A stretch of DNA of 64,000 bases from an uncultured Pseudomonadota bacterium. GTDB taxonomy: Bacteria > Pseudomonadota > Alphaproteobacteria > RF32 > CAG-239. Numbering within the stretch: position 1 is the first letter of the stretch; each line of letters begins with the position of its first letter. Positions 37,072 through 46,030 of this stretch are shown here, piece by piece. The stretch covers positions 13,235 to 77,234 of the forward strand of contig CASFJK010000005.1 of the NCBI GenBank assembly GCA_949295025.1, read 5' to 3'. The notes beneath the pieces were generated by a model. The model ran no database searches. It was given only the letters and a program-made list of their open reading frames with translations, and had not been told where the DNA came from. The translations under genes and the position numbers were made by a program.

Positions 37072-37908
37072 ATGGAATGCGAAATGATTAAAATACTTTT
37101 GGTTACAAATGAAACTTTAGGAGAAGGTGAGGATAGTTTCTTGGCTTCTTTGTTAAAAGATGATTTTATCGTTGAACTGTATGATGTTAGCCAAGATATT
37201 CCTTCAGATTGTGCCAACTTTGATATTTTCTTATTCCGAAATGCGTGGCCTGAGCGTATTTATGACAGAAAAATTAAGTGTCTTATAAATATAGCGATAA
37301 AAAATAACATAATCATCTACAATTCTCTCCAGCAAAGGAGCAAATCTTTTTCTCTCAAAAGTTATTTATATTATCTCAACGACAATTTTGATAATGTTAT
37401 ACCAACATATAAAACATTAGCGGAATTTCCAGAAAATAAAGCAGTCTTAATAAAGCCGCAAAATGGCGGTTCTTCTTACGGTGTAAAGATTTTTGCAAAT
37501 AAAAATAAGATACGCCGTAAGTTAAACAATTACATAATCCAAGAGTATATTCCTTTTGCGAAAGAACAAAGTTACTTTTTTATTGATAAAAAGTTTTGTT
37601 ATGCTCTCGAAACAATAGCCTCCGGAATGGATAACAGGTGGGAATTAAAGGAATTCGCCCCAAACAGGAAAATGCTACAGATTGCAAAATCTTTTATGAA
37701 ATGGAATAATATGCCCTATGGAATTGATAGAATCGACTTTGGCGTAACTTCCGAAGGGCTTATGCTTTTAATGGAAATTGAAAGCGACAGAAGCTATTTA
37801 AGCCTTGAGGAATTATCCAAAGATACTTTAGAGATGTTTATAAAAGAACTAAAACAATCCTTGAAAACTGTTTTTTTGCATAGTCAAAAAACTAAAAACC
37901 ACTCATAG
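37072..37908 (+). CDS. ATP-grasp fold ligase (RimK/glutathione-synthetase-like) (islet cargo)
   Basis: AVLIKPQNGGSSYGVKIF (ATP-grasp Lys and Gly-rich loop), IIQEYIPF, and C-terminal GIDRIDFGVTSEG...LMEIES Mg/ATP-binding region, in RimK-like order. Confidence 0.55.
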   Translation: MECEMIKILLVTNETLGEGEDSFLASLLKDDFIVELYDVSQDIPSDCANFDIFLFRNAWPERIYDRKIKCLINIAIKNNIIIYNSLQQRSKSFSLKSYLYYLNDNFDNVIPTYKTLAEFPENKAVLIKPQNGGSSYGVKIFANKNKIRRKLNNYIIQEYIPFAKEQSYFFIDKKFCYALETIASGMDNRWELKEFAPNRKMLQIAKSFMKWNNMPYGIDRIDFGVTSEGLMLLMEIESDRSYLSLEELSKDTLEMFIKELKQSLKTVFLHSQKTKNHS

Positions 37909-38045
37909 CTGATAAATTTTTCCCTGTAACAAGCTGATGGCAGCTTGTTTTAGCGTGGTAGCTCGGTGGTAGCTCGGCAAAAAAATCGCTAAAATTTTAA
38001 GATTAACATATTGATTTATAAAGATAATATTTTACAAGCGCAGTC

Positions 38046-38150
38046 GATTTGTAATCAGTGGGTCCGCGGTTCGAGTCCGTGTGTCGGCACCATCATAAAA
38101 AAGGCCTCCCCTTGCGGAGGCTTTTTTTATGATGATAACGCATATAGAGT
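38046..38150 (+). repeat. Direct repeat, right copy: tRNA-Thr 3' fragment (47 nt, non-functional) plus duplicated terminator
   Basis: gatttgtaatcagtgggtccgcggttcgagtccgtgtgtcggcacca...gcatatagagt. Identical to 32666-32769 except for C for A in the terminator loop and one extra T. Confidence 0.85.
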
Positions 38151-38360
38151 CCTCGCCCTACAGAGAAATATCAATATTTAAACTCATCCCCCATCTTATT
38201 AAAATTTCATTTATAAAAAAATCATCTCCCCAATATCTTGAATATTAATCAAGACATTCTATTGACAACAATCATAAAAAATGGATAAGTAAATTTATTA
38301 TTTTTTGCTGTAAAATATGTTTTATAGCCTTTGGACCAAATTTTATATGGAGAAACTTTT

Positions 38361-39659
38361 ATGAAAATAGGTATCATTGGAACCGGATATGTAGGCTTGC
38401 CAACCGGTGTTGGTCTGGCAGAATTAGGAAATCAGGTTACCTGCATAGATAGAGAAACCTCAAAAATAGAAGCTCTCCAGTCAGGAAAAATTACCTTATA
38501 TGAAGACGGCTTAGAAGACCTATTCCACAAAAATGTCAAAGAAGGACGTTTGCATTTTACAACTTCTATGAAAGAAGGTGTTGAAAATGCCGATGTTGTT
38601 ATCATAGCTGTTGGCACGCCCCCTCATCCGGTGACCAAAGAAGCCGATATGAAATATATTCATGCTGCTGCCACAGAGCTTGCCGAATATTTAACCGGAT
38701 ATACAGTCATTGCCACAAAGTCAACCGTTCCGGTTGGAACCGGAGATGTTGTAGAGGGTTTAATCTCCAAAAAAAATCCGTTTGCAGACTTTGATGTTGT
38801 TTCTTTACCTGAGTTTTTGCGCGAAGGCTTTGCCATCCATGACTTTTTTAATCCGGATCGCATCATTGTTGGCGCCAATACAGAAAAAGCAAAAAATGTC
38901 ATCAAGGAATTATACAAACCCTTTGAAGGCAAAACAAACATGTTGTTTGTTAAACGCCGCTCTTCAGAAACAATTAAATATGCATCTAACGCTTTTCTGG
39001 CCATAAAAATTCATTATATTAATGAAATGGCCAATTTCTGTGAAAAAACCGGAGCAGATATTTATGAAGTTGCGCAAGGAATGGGCTTAGATAGTCGTAT
39101 CGGACCAAAATTTTTAAATCCGGGTCCCGGATATGGCGGAAGTTGTTTTCCCAAAGACACAATGGCCATGTCATTTATGGCGCGCCAAAATGGTGTGGAC
39201 ATGACATTGATTAATGCCGCCATCAATGGCAACGTCAACCGCAAAAAACAAATGTCTGAACGCATTTTATCTGCCGTAAAATCCATAGAAAATCCGAAAA
39301 TTGCCGTTTTAGGGCTAGCCTTCAAAAATGGCACGGATGATTGTCGCGAAAGCCCAGCTATGGAAATTATCGGAGAACTCATCAACCAAGGTGCAGACAT
39401 AACCGCCTACGACCCCAAAGCTATGGGAACTGCTTGCAGAATACTTGGCAACAAAATCCAATATGCCGACAATATGTATCAAGCTCTGCAAGATGCCGAT
39501 GTCTTAGCTGTCTTAACTGAATGGAACGAGTTTAGAGAACTTGATTTAAGCAAAACAGCTGAACTGATGCGTCATAAAAAAATTGTAGATTGTCGTAACT
39601 TGCTCGACCCACAAAAAGCCAAAGATTTGGGCTTTGATTATCAAGGAATTGGAAGATAA
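38361..39659 (+). CDS. ugd: UDP-glucose 6-dehydrogenase
   Basis: N-terminal Rossmann MKIGIIGTGYVGLPTG, catalytic GGSCFPKD, central dimerisation and C-terminal UDP-binding domains. Confidence 0.85.
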   Translation: MKIGIIGTGYVGLPTGVGLAELGNQVTCIDRETSKIEALQSGKITLYEDGLEDLFHKNVKEGRLHFTTSMKEGVENADVVIIAVGTPPHPVTKEADMKYIHAAATELAEYLTGYTVIATKSTVPVGTGDVVEGLISKKNPFADFDVVSLPEFLREGFAIHDFFNPDRIIVGANTEKAKNVIKELYKPFEGKTNMLFVKRRSSETIKYASNAFLAIKIHYINEMANFCEKTGADIYEVAQGMGLDSRIGPKFLNPGPGYGGSCFPKDTMAMSFMARQNGVDMTLINAAINGNVNRKKQMSERILSAVKSIENPKIAVLGLAFKNGTDDCRESPAMEIIGELINQGADITAYDPKAMGTACRILGNKIQYADNMYQALQDADVLAVLTEWNEFRELDLSKTAELMRHKKIVDCRNLLDPQKAKDLGFDYQGIGR

Positions 39660-39683
39660 CCCCACTTATCAAAACTTAATAAA

Positions 39684-39719
39684 TAAAAAAAGGTTTGAGT
39701 TTTTCTCAAACCTTTTTTT
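39684..39719. terminator. Rho-independent bidirectional terminator
   Basis: aaaaaaaGGTTTGAGtttttCTCAAACCttttttt. Confidence 0.7.
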
Positions 39720-39734
39720 ATTTGTTCTGGAAGA

Positions 39735-40184
39735 TTAGCTTAATATTTTATCTAACTCTTCCATTTCTTTTTGATGCACAGACTTCACTCTGGCCTCTCT
39801 TTCAGCCTCTTCTTGCTGCATTTTGCGTTTCCACTCGCGCTCGTACTCTTCGGAAATTTCATCACTTGTTTTTCCTCCATACATGCGCAATAGTTTGGCT
39901 ATGGCTGGATTATCTCCCCATACGTCCAATATACGATAATAAAGAGTTTCCGTACCGGTAATCATCCCATTATCGTAGCTGTAGCTTCTTTCTACAGGGA
40001 CGCAAACAAGATTTGGATCAAAGCCCTTATCCAGAAATTTCTTCATGTTTAAGAAATCTCTCTTAGCGATAAATTCAAGAAATCTACGAACCATCTTAGG
40101 ACACTCATATGCTTTCTTTAGCTCTGAGGCATAATTCTTTTTAGCTGAGGCATAAAAAGCCTCATTCAATACTAATGTTTTCAT
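39735..40184 (-). CDS. Hypothetical protein (149 aa, charged C-terminus)
   Basis: ORF with a K/E-rich C-terminal tail. No motif recognised. Confidence 0.4.
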   Translation of the reverse strand: MKTLVLNEAFYASAKKNYASELKKAYECPKMVRRFLEFIAKRDFLNMKKFLDKGFDPNLVCVPVERSYSYDNGMITGTETLYYRILDVWGDNPAIAKLLRMYGGKTSDEISEEYEREWKRKMQQEEAEREARVKSVHQKEMEELDKILS

Positions 40185-40496
40185 AATTTTTATTTTTTTA
40201 GGGAAACATCAAGCTTTTCCCTTAGATTACAATAATAACCTACGACTATTAAATGCTTGAAAAATAGCAATAGGCCGATAATAATTTCTTTGTAACACAT
40301 TTATATCATCTTTTTTGTCTATTGTCTATATATTTTTTTATTGCTCTTTACGATGTTAAAATATAATTACTTTTTTATCCTTTAAAATTTCAAGAAAGGC
40401 TCAAGGCTTAATCGCAAATAAGTTGACAAAACTTTCAAAACAATATATTTTTGTCTATAGAGCAAATATAATTATAACTAAAAAAAATATACAATT

Positions 40497-41069
40497 ATGA
40501 AAATTTTTAAAAGTTTTTTTGCAGCAAAAAAACGCCGTGCTGAAATGAAAGAATATCAAGCACAGATTGATGTGTTAGAAGAAAAAGTTTCTGATTTTAT
40601 TTATGACAAGAGTGGTAAATACCACCCTATTCCTCGCATAGATTTGACTGAAAGATTGCCTGAGCTCATCTTGAGTAAAGATGATGCTGTCAATTTTTTT
40701 GCAAAGTTTCTGGGAGAAAAAATAAACCCTTATGAGGTTTCTTTGGTCAATCTCACAGAAGCATATGGTAATCATGCCAGCAATCTGTGTTGGGTTTACA
40801 GAAGCTTTTTGGTAAACTTAACAAAAGGCGAATATGGTTATTACTCGGAAAGAATGTTTTCGAAACTTGTCATCATTGATAAAGGTTTCAACATTCCGGT
40901 TGCGGCATACACCGACCTGAGAGTCCTCGTTCGCGGTGAAGAAATTTTCCCAATTGACATTATTTATGATGAATGGGGAGAAGTAGAGCACATTGAAAAG
41001 ACATTAAAAGTCTATTCAGCCCAAACGCCTATGAGCAAGGTGCTGGAAGACATAAAAAAACTTTCATAA
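40497..41069 (+). CDS. Hypothetical protein (190 aa)
   Basis: ORF followed by a GCCTCC...GGAGGC-family terminator at 41068-41099. Confidence 0.4.
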   Translation: MKIFKSFFAAKKRRAEMKEYQAQIDVLEEKVSDFIYDKSGKYHPIPRIDLTERLPELILSKDDAVNFFAKFLGEKINPYEVSLVNLTEAYGNHASNLCWVYRSFLVNLTKGEYGYYSERMFSKLVIIDKGFNIPVAAYTDLRVLVRGEEIFPIDIIYDEWGEVEHIEKTLKVYSAQTPMSKVLEDIKKLS

Positions 41070-41413
41070 AAAAAGCCTCCAATCGCGGAGGCTTTTTTTG
41101 ATTACAAACTATTCCTAGGGCAAGATTGGACGAGAACTTTCTTCCAGTTTTTTAGTTTTTTTGTTAAAAACCACCCCTTCTGTATGAAAAAAATTTTCCG
41201 GATGTTTTTTAGCTTGCCACAAATCACAAAATTCATACCAAGCAAAAATCAACTTTTTGATACACCATACAGACAAAACCCCGCAGATAGTCGTCAATAA
41301 AATTTTACTCAATAATACCATAAGCTTAAATTTTATAATTATAACAATACGTAATTATCATAATAAAAATGTTTTACGAAATCAATATAACATAATCTTT
41401 TAATTTAAACACT

Positions 41414-41442
41414 TGACAATTTTAATATATTACATATATAAT
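41414..41442 (+). promoter_or_regulatory. Sigma70-like promoter (TTGACA-17-TATAAT) for the 41477 ORF
   Basis: ttgaca at 41414-41419, 17 nt spacer, tataat at 41437-41442, about 35 nt upstream of the ATG. The surrounding spacer is extremely AT-rich. Confidence 0.45.
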
Positions 41443-41476
41443 ACATATATATTATTAAATATATTGGAGACTTGCC

Positions 41477-42052
41477 ATGAAAAAAATTGAAAATGTCAAA
41501 GAGTTTGTGGAGAAGATAGACAGCGCCAAAAAAGTCAATCCCAAAGACCTGTCTTCTGACCAAGATTTAACCATCGCCATCATGAACCTTATCAGCATTG
41601 AAGAACACCTTGTTTTCTCTGGCGCCAAAACCGGAAAAAATTCTTTTTACGATTTGGTACAAAACATTCGTGAAATGCGCAAAACCTTGATGCAAAAAGT
41701 TATTCCGGCTTATGAAGGCGAAGTCTGGTGCATATCCAAACATTTGCTGGCTTCTTCCATGCGTTTGATGGAGGTTGGCACCAAGCAACAATCTTTAGGT
41801 CACAAAGAAGAAGCCTACAAACTTTTCAACCAAGCCTATGAGCTTTATTGTCTGTTCTGGGGCTTGAATATGAATATGTTAAACGTCGCAGATGTAAAAT
41901 GGATTGAAGATAAAACCGAAGACATGAAAAAACTTTCAGAAAAAATTGATGCCAACATCCCTAGCACACCTGAGGTTTCAGAAGAAAAAACCGGTACGTT
42001 GTCCAAGATGAAAGCTTTTGCCAGAAAAGCGGTTGACTGCTGCATAGAATAA
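41477..42052 (+). CDS. Hypothetical protein (191 aa)
   Basis: ORF with the RBS GGAGAC upstream. No motif recognised. Confidence 0.4.
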   Translation: MKKIENVKEFVEKIDSAKKVNPKDLSSDQDLTIAIMNLISIEEHLVFSGAKTGKNSFYDLVQNIREMRKTLMQKVIPAYEGEVWCISKHLLASSMRLMEVGTKQQSLGHKEEAYKLFNQAYELYCLFWGLNMNMLNVADVKWIEDKTEDMKKLSEKIDANIPSTPEVSEEKTGTLSKMKAFARKAVDCCIE

Positions 42053-42063
42053 GGAGAAAACAA

Positions 42064-42453
42064 ATGAACAAAATCATCTTTGCTTTTGCATTAGGGCTGT
42101 TTGTCCTCACCGGTTGCGATAATCAAACCCAAACGGAAAGCACGGCTCAAACCGCAAGTGAAAAATCCGCTTTTTCAGAAAATAAAATCTATTTTTTCTA
42201 TTCCAACTATTGCCCGCACTGCCACGCAGCATTGAAATATATCAAAGCCAAGCACCCCAATTTAGAGTTATCCATGGTCAATGTTGAAAATGCCGGTGGT
42301 TATAAACTCCTTGTGCAAGCGGTAAAAGAATATAAAATCAACGGCAGTTCTGTCGGCACTCCGCTTCTGCTCATGGGCAAAAATTATCTGATGGGCTGGG
42401 CTCCGGAATATGAAACCCAATTTGAAAATTATGTTCAGCCTTTTGTAAAATAA
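42064..42453 (+). CDS. Thioredoxin-fold lipoprotein (CxxC)
   Basis: Lipobox LFVLTGC. FFYSNYCPHCHAALKYIK is a thioredoxin/glutaredoxin-like CPHC active site. Confidence 0.5.
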   Translation: MNKIIFAFALGLFVLTGCDNQTQTESTAQTASEKSAFSENKIYFFYSNYCPHCHAALKYIKAKHPNLELSMVNVENAGGYKLLVQAVKEYKINGSSVGTPLLLMGKNYLMGWAPEYETQFENYVQPFVK

Positions 42454-42549
42454 AAAATTCCCCGATGTTTTAAGTCGGGGAATTTTTTTATAATTGCAAA
42501 TTGCCGCAGTTTGATATAGGCTGAAAGAAAAAATATCGGAGAAAAGTTT

Positions 42550-43188
42550 ATGGAGCAGCAACTGCCGCCGGAAATCATGAAAAAAGCCGTCAAAGGCATC
42601 AGCTATATTGCCCACCCTTTGCGCTTGCGTTTGTTGGAATATATGGATGTCAACGGTGCCTCATCCGTATCCACACTGACCAAAGCCGTGGAGGAAGAGC
42701 AGATGATTGTGTCCCAAAGCTTGAAAAAACTCCGCGATGCCAATCTGGTTAAAACCGAGCGTAAAGGCATTTTTATTTATTACAATATTTATGAAGAATA
42801 TCCGGCAAGCATCTTTGAGTGCATTCGTAAGCTTTTTGCCTATATGACCGATAGCTTCTTCTATCTGACCGAAAAAGCGCTTCTGCCCAAAGATTATACC
42901 ACCATGGTTGCCAACCGCATCAAGCTCTTTGCCAACTATGATAAGATGCGCATTTTGGAATATCTCACTTTGTATGGCGAAAGCAATGTCTCGGACATCA
43001 TCAACGGCATAGGAAGCGAGCAAATGAAAGTTTCGCAATACCTAAAGCGCTTGAAAGATGATGGCTTTGTCACCGCCCGCCGTGACGGACGTTTCATTTA
43101 TTATGACATCACGCAAGGCGTGCACAAAACCGCCATTCAGTGCATTCATAAACGCTACGACAATCTTAAAAATAAGGCTGAATTTTAA
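42550..43188 (+). CDS. Transcriptional regulator with two tandem ArsR-type winged-HTH domains
   Basis: Internal duplication: IAHPLRLRLLEYMDVNGASSVSTLTKAVEEEQMIVSQSLKKLRDANLVKTERKGIFIYYNI versus ANYDKMRILEYLTLYGESNVSDIINGIGSEQMKVSQYLKRLKDDGFVTARRDGRFIYYDI. Confidence 0.55.
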   Translation: MEQQLPPEIMKKAVKGISYIAHPLRLRLLEYMDVNGASSVSTLTKAVEEEQMIVSQSLKKLRDANLVKTERKGIFIYYNIYEEYPASIFECIRKLFAYMTDSFFYLTEKALLPKDYTTMVANRIKLFANYDKMRILEYLTLYGESNVSDIINGIGSEQMKVSQYLKRLKDDGFVTARRDGRFIYYDITQGVHKTAIQCIHKRYDNLKNKAEF

Positions 43189-43257
43189 ATTTTTCCTTGT
43201 CAAAGGAAATTTCTACCGCTACACTTTAAATATACAAACAACAATTGGAAACTGTTT

Positions 43258-44574
43258 ATGACTGACTATACTGTTCTCGAATTATTATTGTTCCAAGCTT
43301 TTTTAATTTTCTTGAATGCCGTTTTTGCTTGCGCTGAAATTGCGGTCATCTCCATCAATGATAACAAACTCAAACGCATGGCTGAAAATGGCGATAAACG
43401 AGCCGTTCGCTTAGCATCTCTCACCGCACAACCAGCCAAATTTTTAGCCACCATTCAAGTAGGCATCACTCTTGCCGGTTTTTTAGGTAGTGCTTTTGCC
43501 GCCGATAACTTTTCTGACCGCATTGTAGATTGGCTGATTGCGCAAGGAGTAACCATTTCTCCGACCAAATTAGATATTTTGGCAGTTATCGGCATTACGC
43601 TCATTTTATCTTACATCACACTAATTTGGGGCGAGCTCGTACCCAAACGCATTGCCATGCAACATGCCGAAAAAATCGGCTTATTTATGTCTTCGTCCAT
43701 ATATATCATTGCTAAAATTTTCTCGCCGATTGTATGGTTTTTAACAGTTTCTACCAACATTTCATTACGCTTACTTGGCATCAATCCCGAAGAAAAGAAT
43801 GAAAACGTAACCGAAGAAGAAATCCGTATTATGATTGATGTCGGCACCGAAAATGGCACGATTGATGATAAAGAAAAAGAGCTTATCCATAATGTTTTTG
43901 AGTTTGATGACAAATTGGTTTATGAGGTCATGAAACACCGCACCGACGTGCAGTTTTTGGATGTGGAAGATGATACCGGAAATTGGGAAAAAATTATGAT
44001 TGAAACACGATATTCCGTTTATCCGGTTTACAAAGATAACACAGACAATATCTTGGGTATTTTGAATATTAAAGACTATTACAAATACAAACCGCAAGGT
44101 AAATCAGCCCTCATCAACAAAGCCATCAAGCCGACCTTATTTGTGCCTGAAACCCAACATATAGACGACCTGTTTCACAACATGCAAAGAAGTCGCATTC
44201 ACTTTGCCATGGTGGTTGATGAATATGGTGGCATCTCCGGTATTGTAACCATGAACGATTTATTGGAAGAAATTGTCGGCGAGCTGGAAGATGATATTAC
44301 CGCACCGCCATCAGTTCCCAACATCAAGCAAATAAACAAAAATTCTTGGGTAATTCAAGGATATACGCCCATTGAAGAAGTTGAAAAAGCTTTTGAACTC
44401 GATTTATCGGAAATTGATTGTGAAACCTTTGCCGGCTTTATCTTTTCTTTAATGGATGAAATTCCACTGGAAAAAAAGAACATCAAGCTCAATTATCAAA
44501 ATATTCGCATCAAGTTGGTCAAAACCAACGGACATAAAATTGAGCAAGCCATTTTGCAAAAGATTGAAGCTTAG
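43258..44574 (+). CDS. tlyC: HlyC/CorC (CNNM) family transporter: DUF21 plus tandem CBS plus CorC_HlyC
   Basis: N-terminal 4-TM DUF21, a CBS pair, and the C-terminal CorC/HlyC transporter-associated domain. Confidence 0.8.
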   Translation: MTDYTVLELLLFQAFLIFLNAVFACAEIAVISINDNKLKRMAENGDKRAVRLASLTAQPAKFLATIQVGITLAGFLGSAFAADNFSDRIVDWLIAQGVTISPTKLDILAVIGITLILSYITLIWGELVPKRIAMQHAEKIGLFMSSSIYIIAKIFSPIVWFLTVSTNISLRLLGINPEEKNENVTEEEIRIMIDVGTENGTIDDKEKELIHNVFEFDDKLVYEVMKHRTDVQFLDVEDDTGNWEKIMIETRYSVYPVYKDNTDNILGILNIKDYYKYKPQGKSALINKAIKPTLFVPETQHIDDLFHNMQRSRIHFAMVVDEYGGISGIVTMNDLLEEIVGELEDDITAPPSVPNIKQINKNSWVIQGYTPIEEVEKAFELDLSEIDCETFAGFIFSLMDEIPLEKKNIKLNYQNIRIKLVKTNGHKIEQAILQKIEA

Positions 44575-45077
44575 TTTTGTACCTGCTTGCGAATACCGAG
44601 ATAATATCCCAGTACTCCAAAAATCAGCATATAGAGCAAGCTGCCGCAAAGAATGTTCACCCCGATTTGTCCGGCAGCCTGAAAAATGCCGTTTGCAAAC
44701 AACTCTTTAAGCTCGGCATAAGAAAAAGCCGTTTCATCTTGCCTTATATAAGCACCGGTCAGATAATAAAGATAAAAAAGCGGCAGATTGGTAAACACAT
44801 TGGAAATAAACGTCCAAGCAACCGATATGGCCAAGCTGAAACGATATTTTGTGCGCCGCAACAACACCCACAAAGCAAGCACCACCGGCACCTGCCCCGG
44901 AAACGGCGCAAAAGCCAAGCCCATGCCAATGGCATTAGATCGCGCCAAATAAGCCGGATTTTTATAACTCCGCCGCATCGGCTCAATCACTTTTTTGCGC
45001 ATATAAGCAAGCCAATTTTTCAGTTGTCTGAACATAAGATTTAAACCCAATACTTTCAAAGTTTCTAATTTTATCAT
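44571..45077 (-). CDS. DUF2062-like membrane protein
   Basis: ARSNAIGMGLAFAPFPGQVPVVLALWVLL resembles the conserved DUF2062 core. Three TM helices. Confidence 0.4.
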   Translation of the reverse strand: MIKLETLKVLGLNLMFRQLKNWLAYMRKKVIEPMRRSYKNPAYLARSNAIGMGLAFAPFPGQVPVVLALWVLLRRTKYRFSLAISVAWTFISNVFTNLPLFYLYYLTGAYIRQDETAFSYAELKELFANGIFQAAGQIGVNILCGSLLYMLIFGVLGYYLGIRKQVQN

Positions 45078-45269
45078 CTATTCAATACTAATAAATTAAA
45101 AATTTGGCAAGAAAAGTATTTTTGCTATTGTTTTCAGACAAAATTTATGATATATTTTTGTCTGAAAAAGAATTATTGTGCTATTATTGTTGTCAGGTAT
45201 TCAATGATGATAGATTTTATAAACTCGAGGAAAGATTGCCTGGTCTGTTCCTTATAAATATTTATAATT

Positions 45270-45692
45270 ATGATTAACTTTTTAAAAAATCTCTTTTCAA
45301 AACCCTCTGTATGGGATCTGAAAAACTGTATAGAAGAAGCTCGTTATGAAGAAGTAGCCGAGCTGCTTACTAAAGATGCATCTCTAGTAAATAATACATT
45401 CTCAAGAAGAGTTTTCAATGGGTACATCGATGGTTATATTGAAGACTATCAAACAGAGTTTTACACTTTGTTAGATGAGGTCTTAGATAAAGAAATGATA
45501 CGTCTCTTGCGTCATTTCGGAGCCAAAACCTATAATGAACTGAAGGAAGAAGAGATGCGTCTTCGAGAAGCAGAAAGAAAGAATCACAAAGAAACACCTG
45601 AAGAGAAAAAAGAAAGAGAAAGAAGACAAGAAGTCGCAAAACGCCGCCAAAACGGTAAGGCTATTGTCGATAAAATTTTGGGAACAAATTAA
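45270..45692 (+). CDS. Hypothetical protein with a highly charged K/E/R C-terminal half
   Basis: ORF. C-terminus EEEMRLREAERKNHKETPEEKKERERRQEVAKRRQNGK. Confidence 0.4.
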   Translation: MINFLKNLFSKPSVWDLKNCIEEARYEEVAELLTKDASLVNNTFSRRVFNGYIDGYIEDYQTEFYTLLDEVLDKEMIRLLRHFGAKTYNELKEEEMRLREAERKNHKETPEEKKERERRQEVAKRRQNGKAIVDKILGTN

Positions 45693-45740
45693 TTTTCCTA
45701 AACCGTTTTTCAATAAAAAAGCCCCCGATTACGGAGGCTT

Positions 45741-45765
45741 TTTTTATGGCTGCTTCGCCTGGACT
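45741..45765 (-). repeat. Partial duplicate of the tRNA-Gln 3' end (25 bp), att-like remnant
   Basis: tttttatggctgcttcgcctggact is identical to 45951-45975, which spans the 3' end of tRNA-Gln. Confidence 0.7.
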
Positions 45766-45956
45766 GTAAATTCCCATTGGCTTTTTTGCCAACGGGCCCC
45801 TTTCGCGCCGTAAGCTTCAACTTTGGCACAATTTCAAGCTAAAGCTAAGAAATTGCACCTTGTTTCAGCAACTATCCGCTCCGAACCAAAATCTTGGTTC
45901 TCGTCGGGCTGTGCCTTAGCCATAAAAAAACTCCCCTAAAAAGGAGAGTTTTTTTA

Positions 45957-46030
45957 TGGCTGCTTCGCCTGGACTCGAACCAAGATTGACGGAGTCAGAA
46001 TCCGCTGTCCTACCATTAGACGACGAAGCA
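45957..46030 (-). tRNA. tRNA-Gln (anticodon CUG)
   Basis: Reverse complement TGCTTCGTCGTCTAATGGTAGGACAGCGGATTCTGACTCCGTCAATCTTGGTTCGAGTCCAGGCGAAGCAGCCA. U1-A72, anticodon loop tt-CTG-ac, close to the E. coli tRNA-Gln pattern. Confidence 0.85.

Noticed and set aside
33052-38036. Looked for a tyrosine or serine recombinase, excisionase or toxin-antitoxin pair inside the tRNA-Thr islet.
   Set aside because: None of the six ORFs has the R..HxxR..Y recombinase signature or an HTH excisionase-like fold, and intergenic spaces are too short to hide a pseudogene of that size. The element appears to have lost its integrase.
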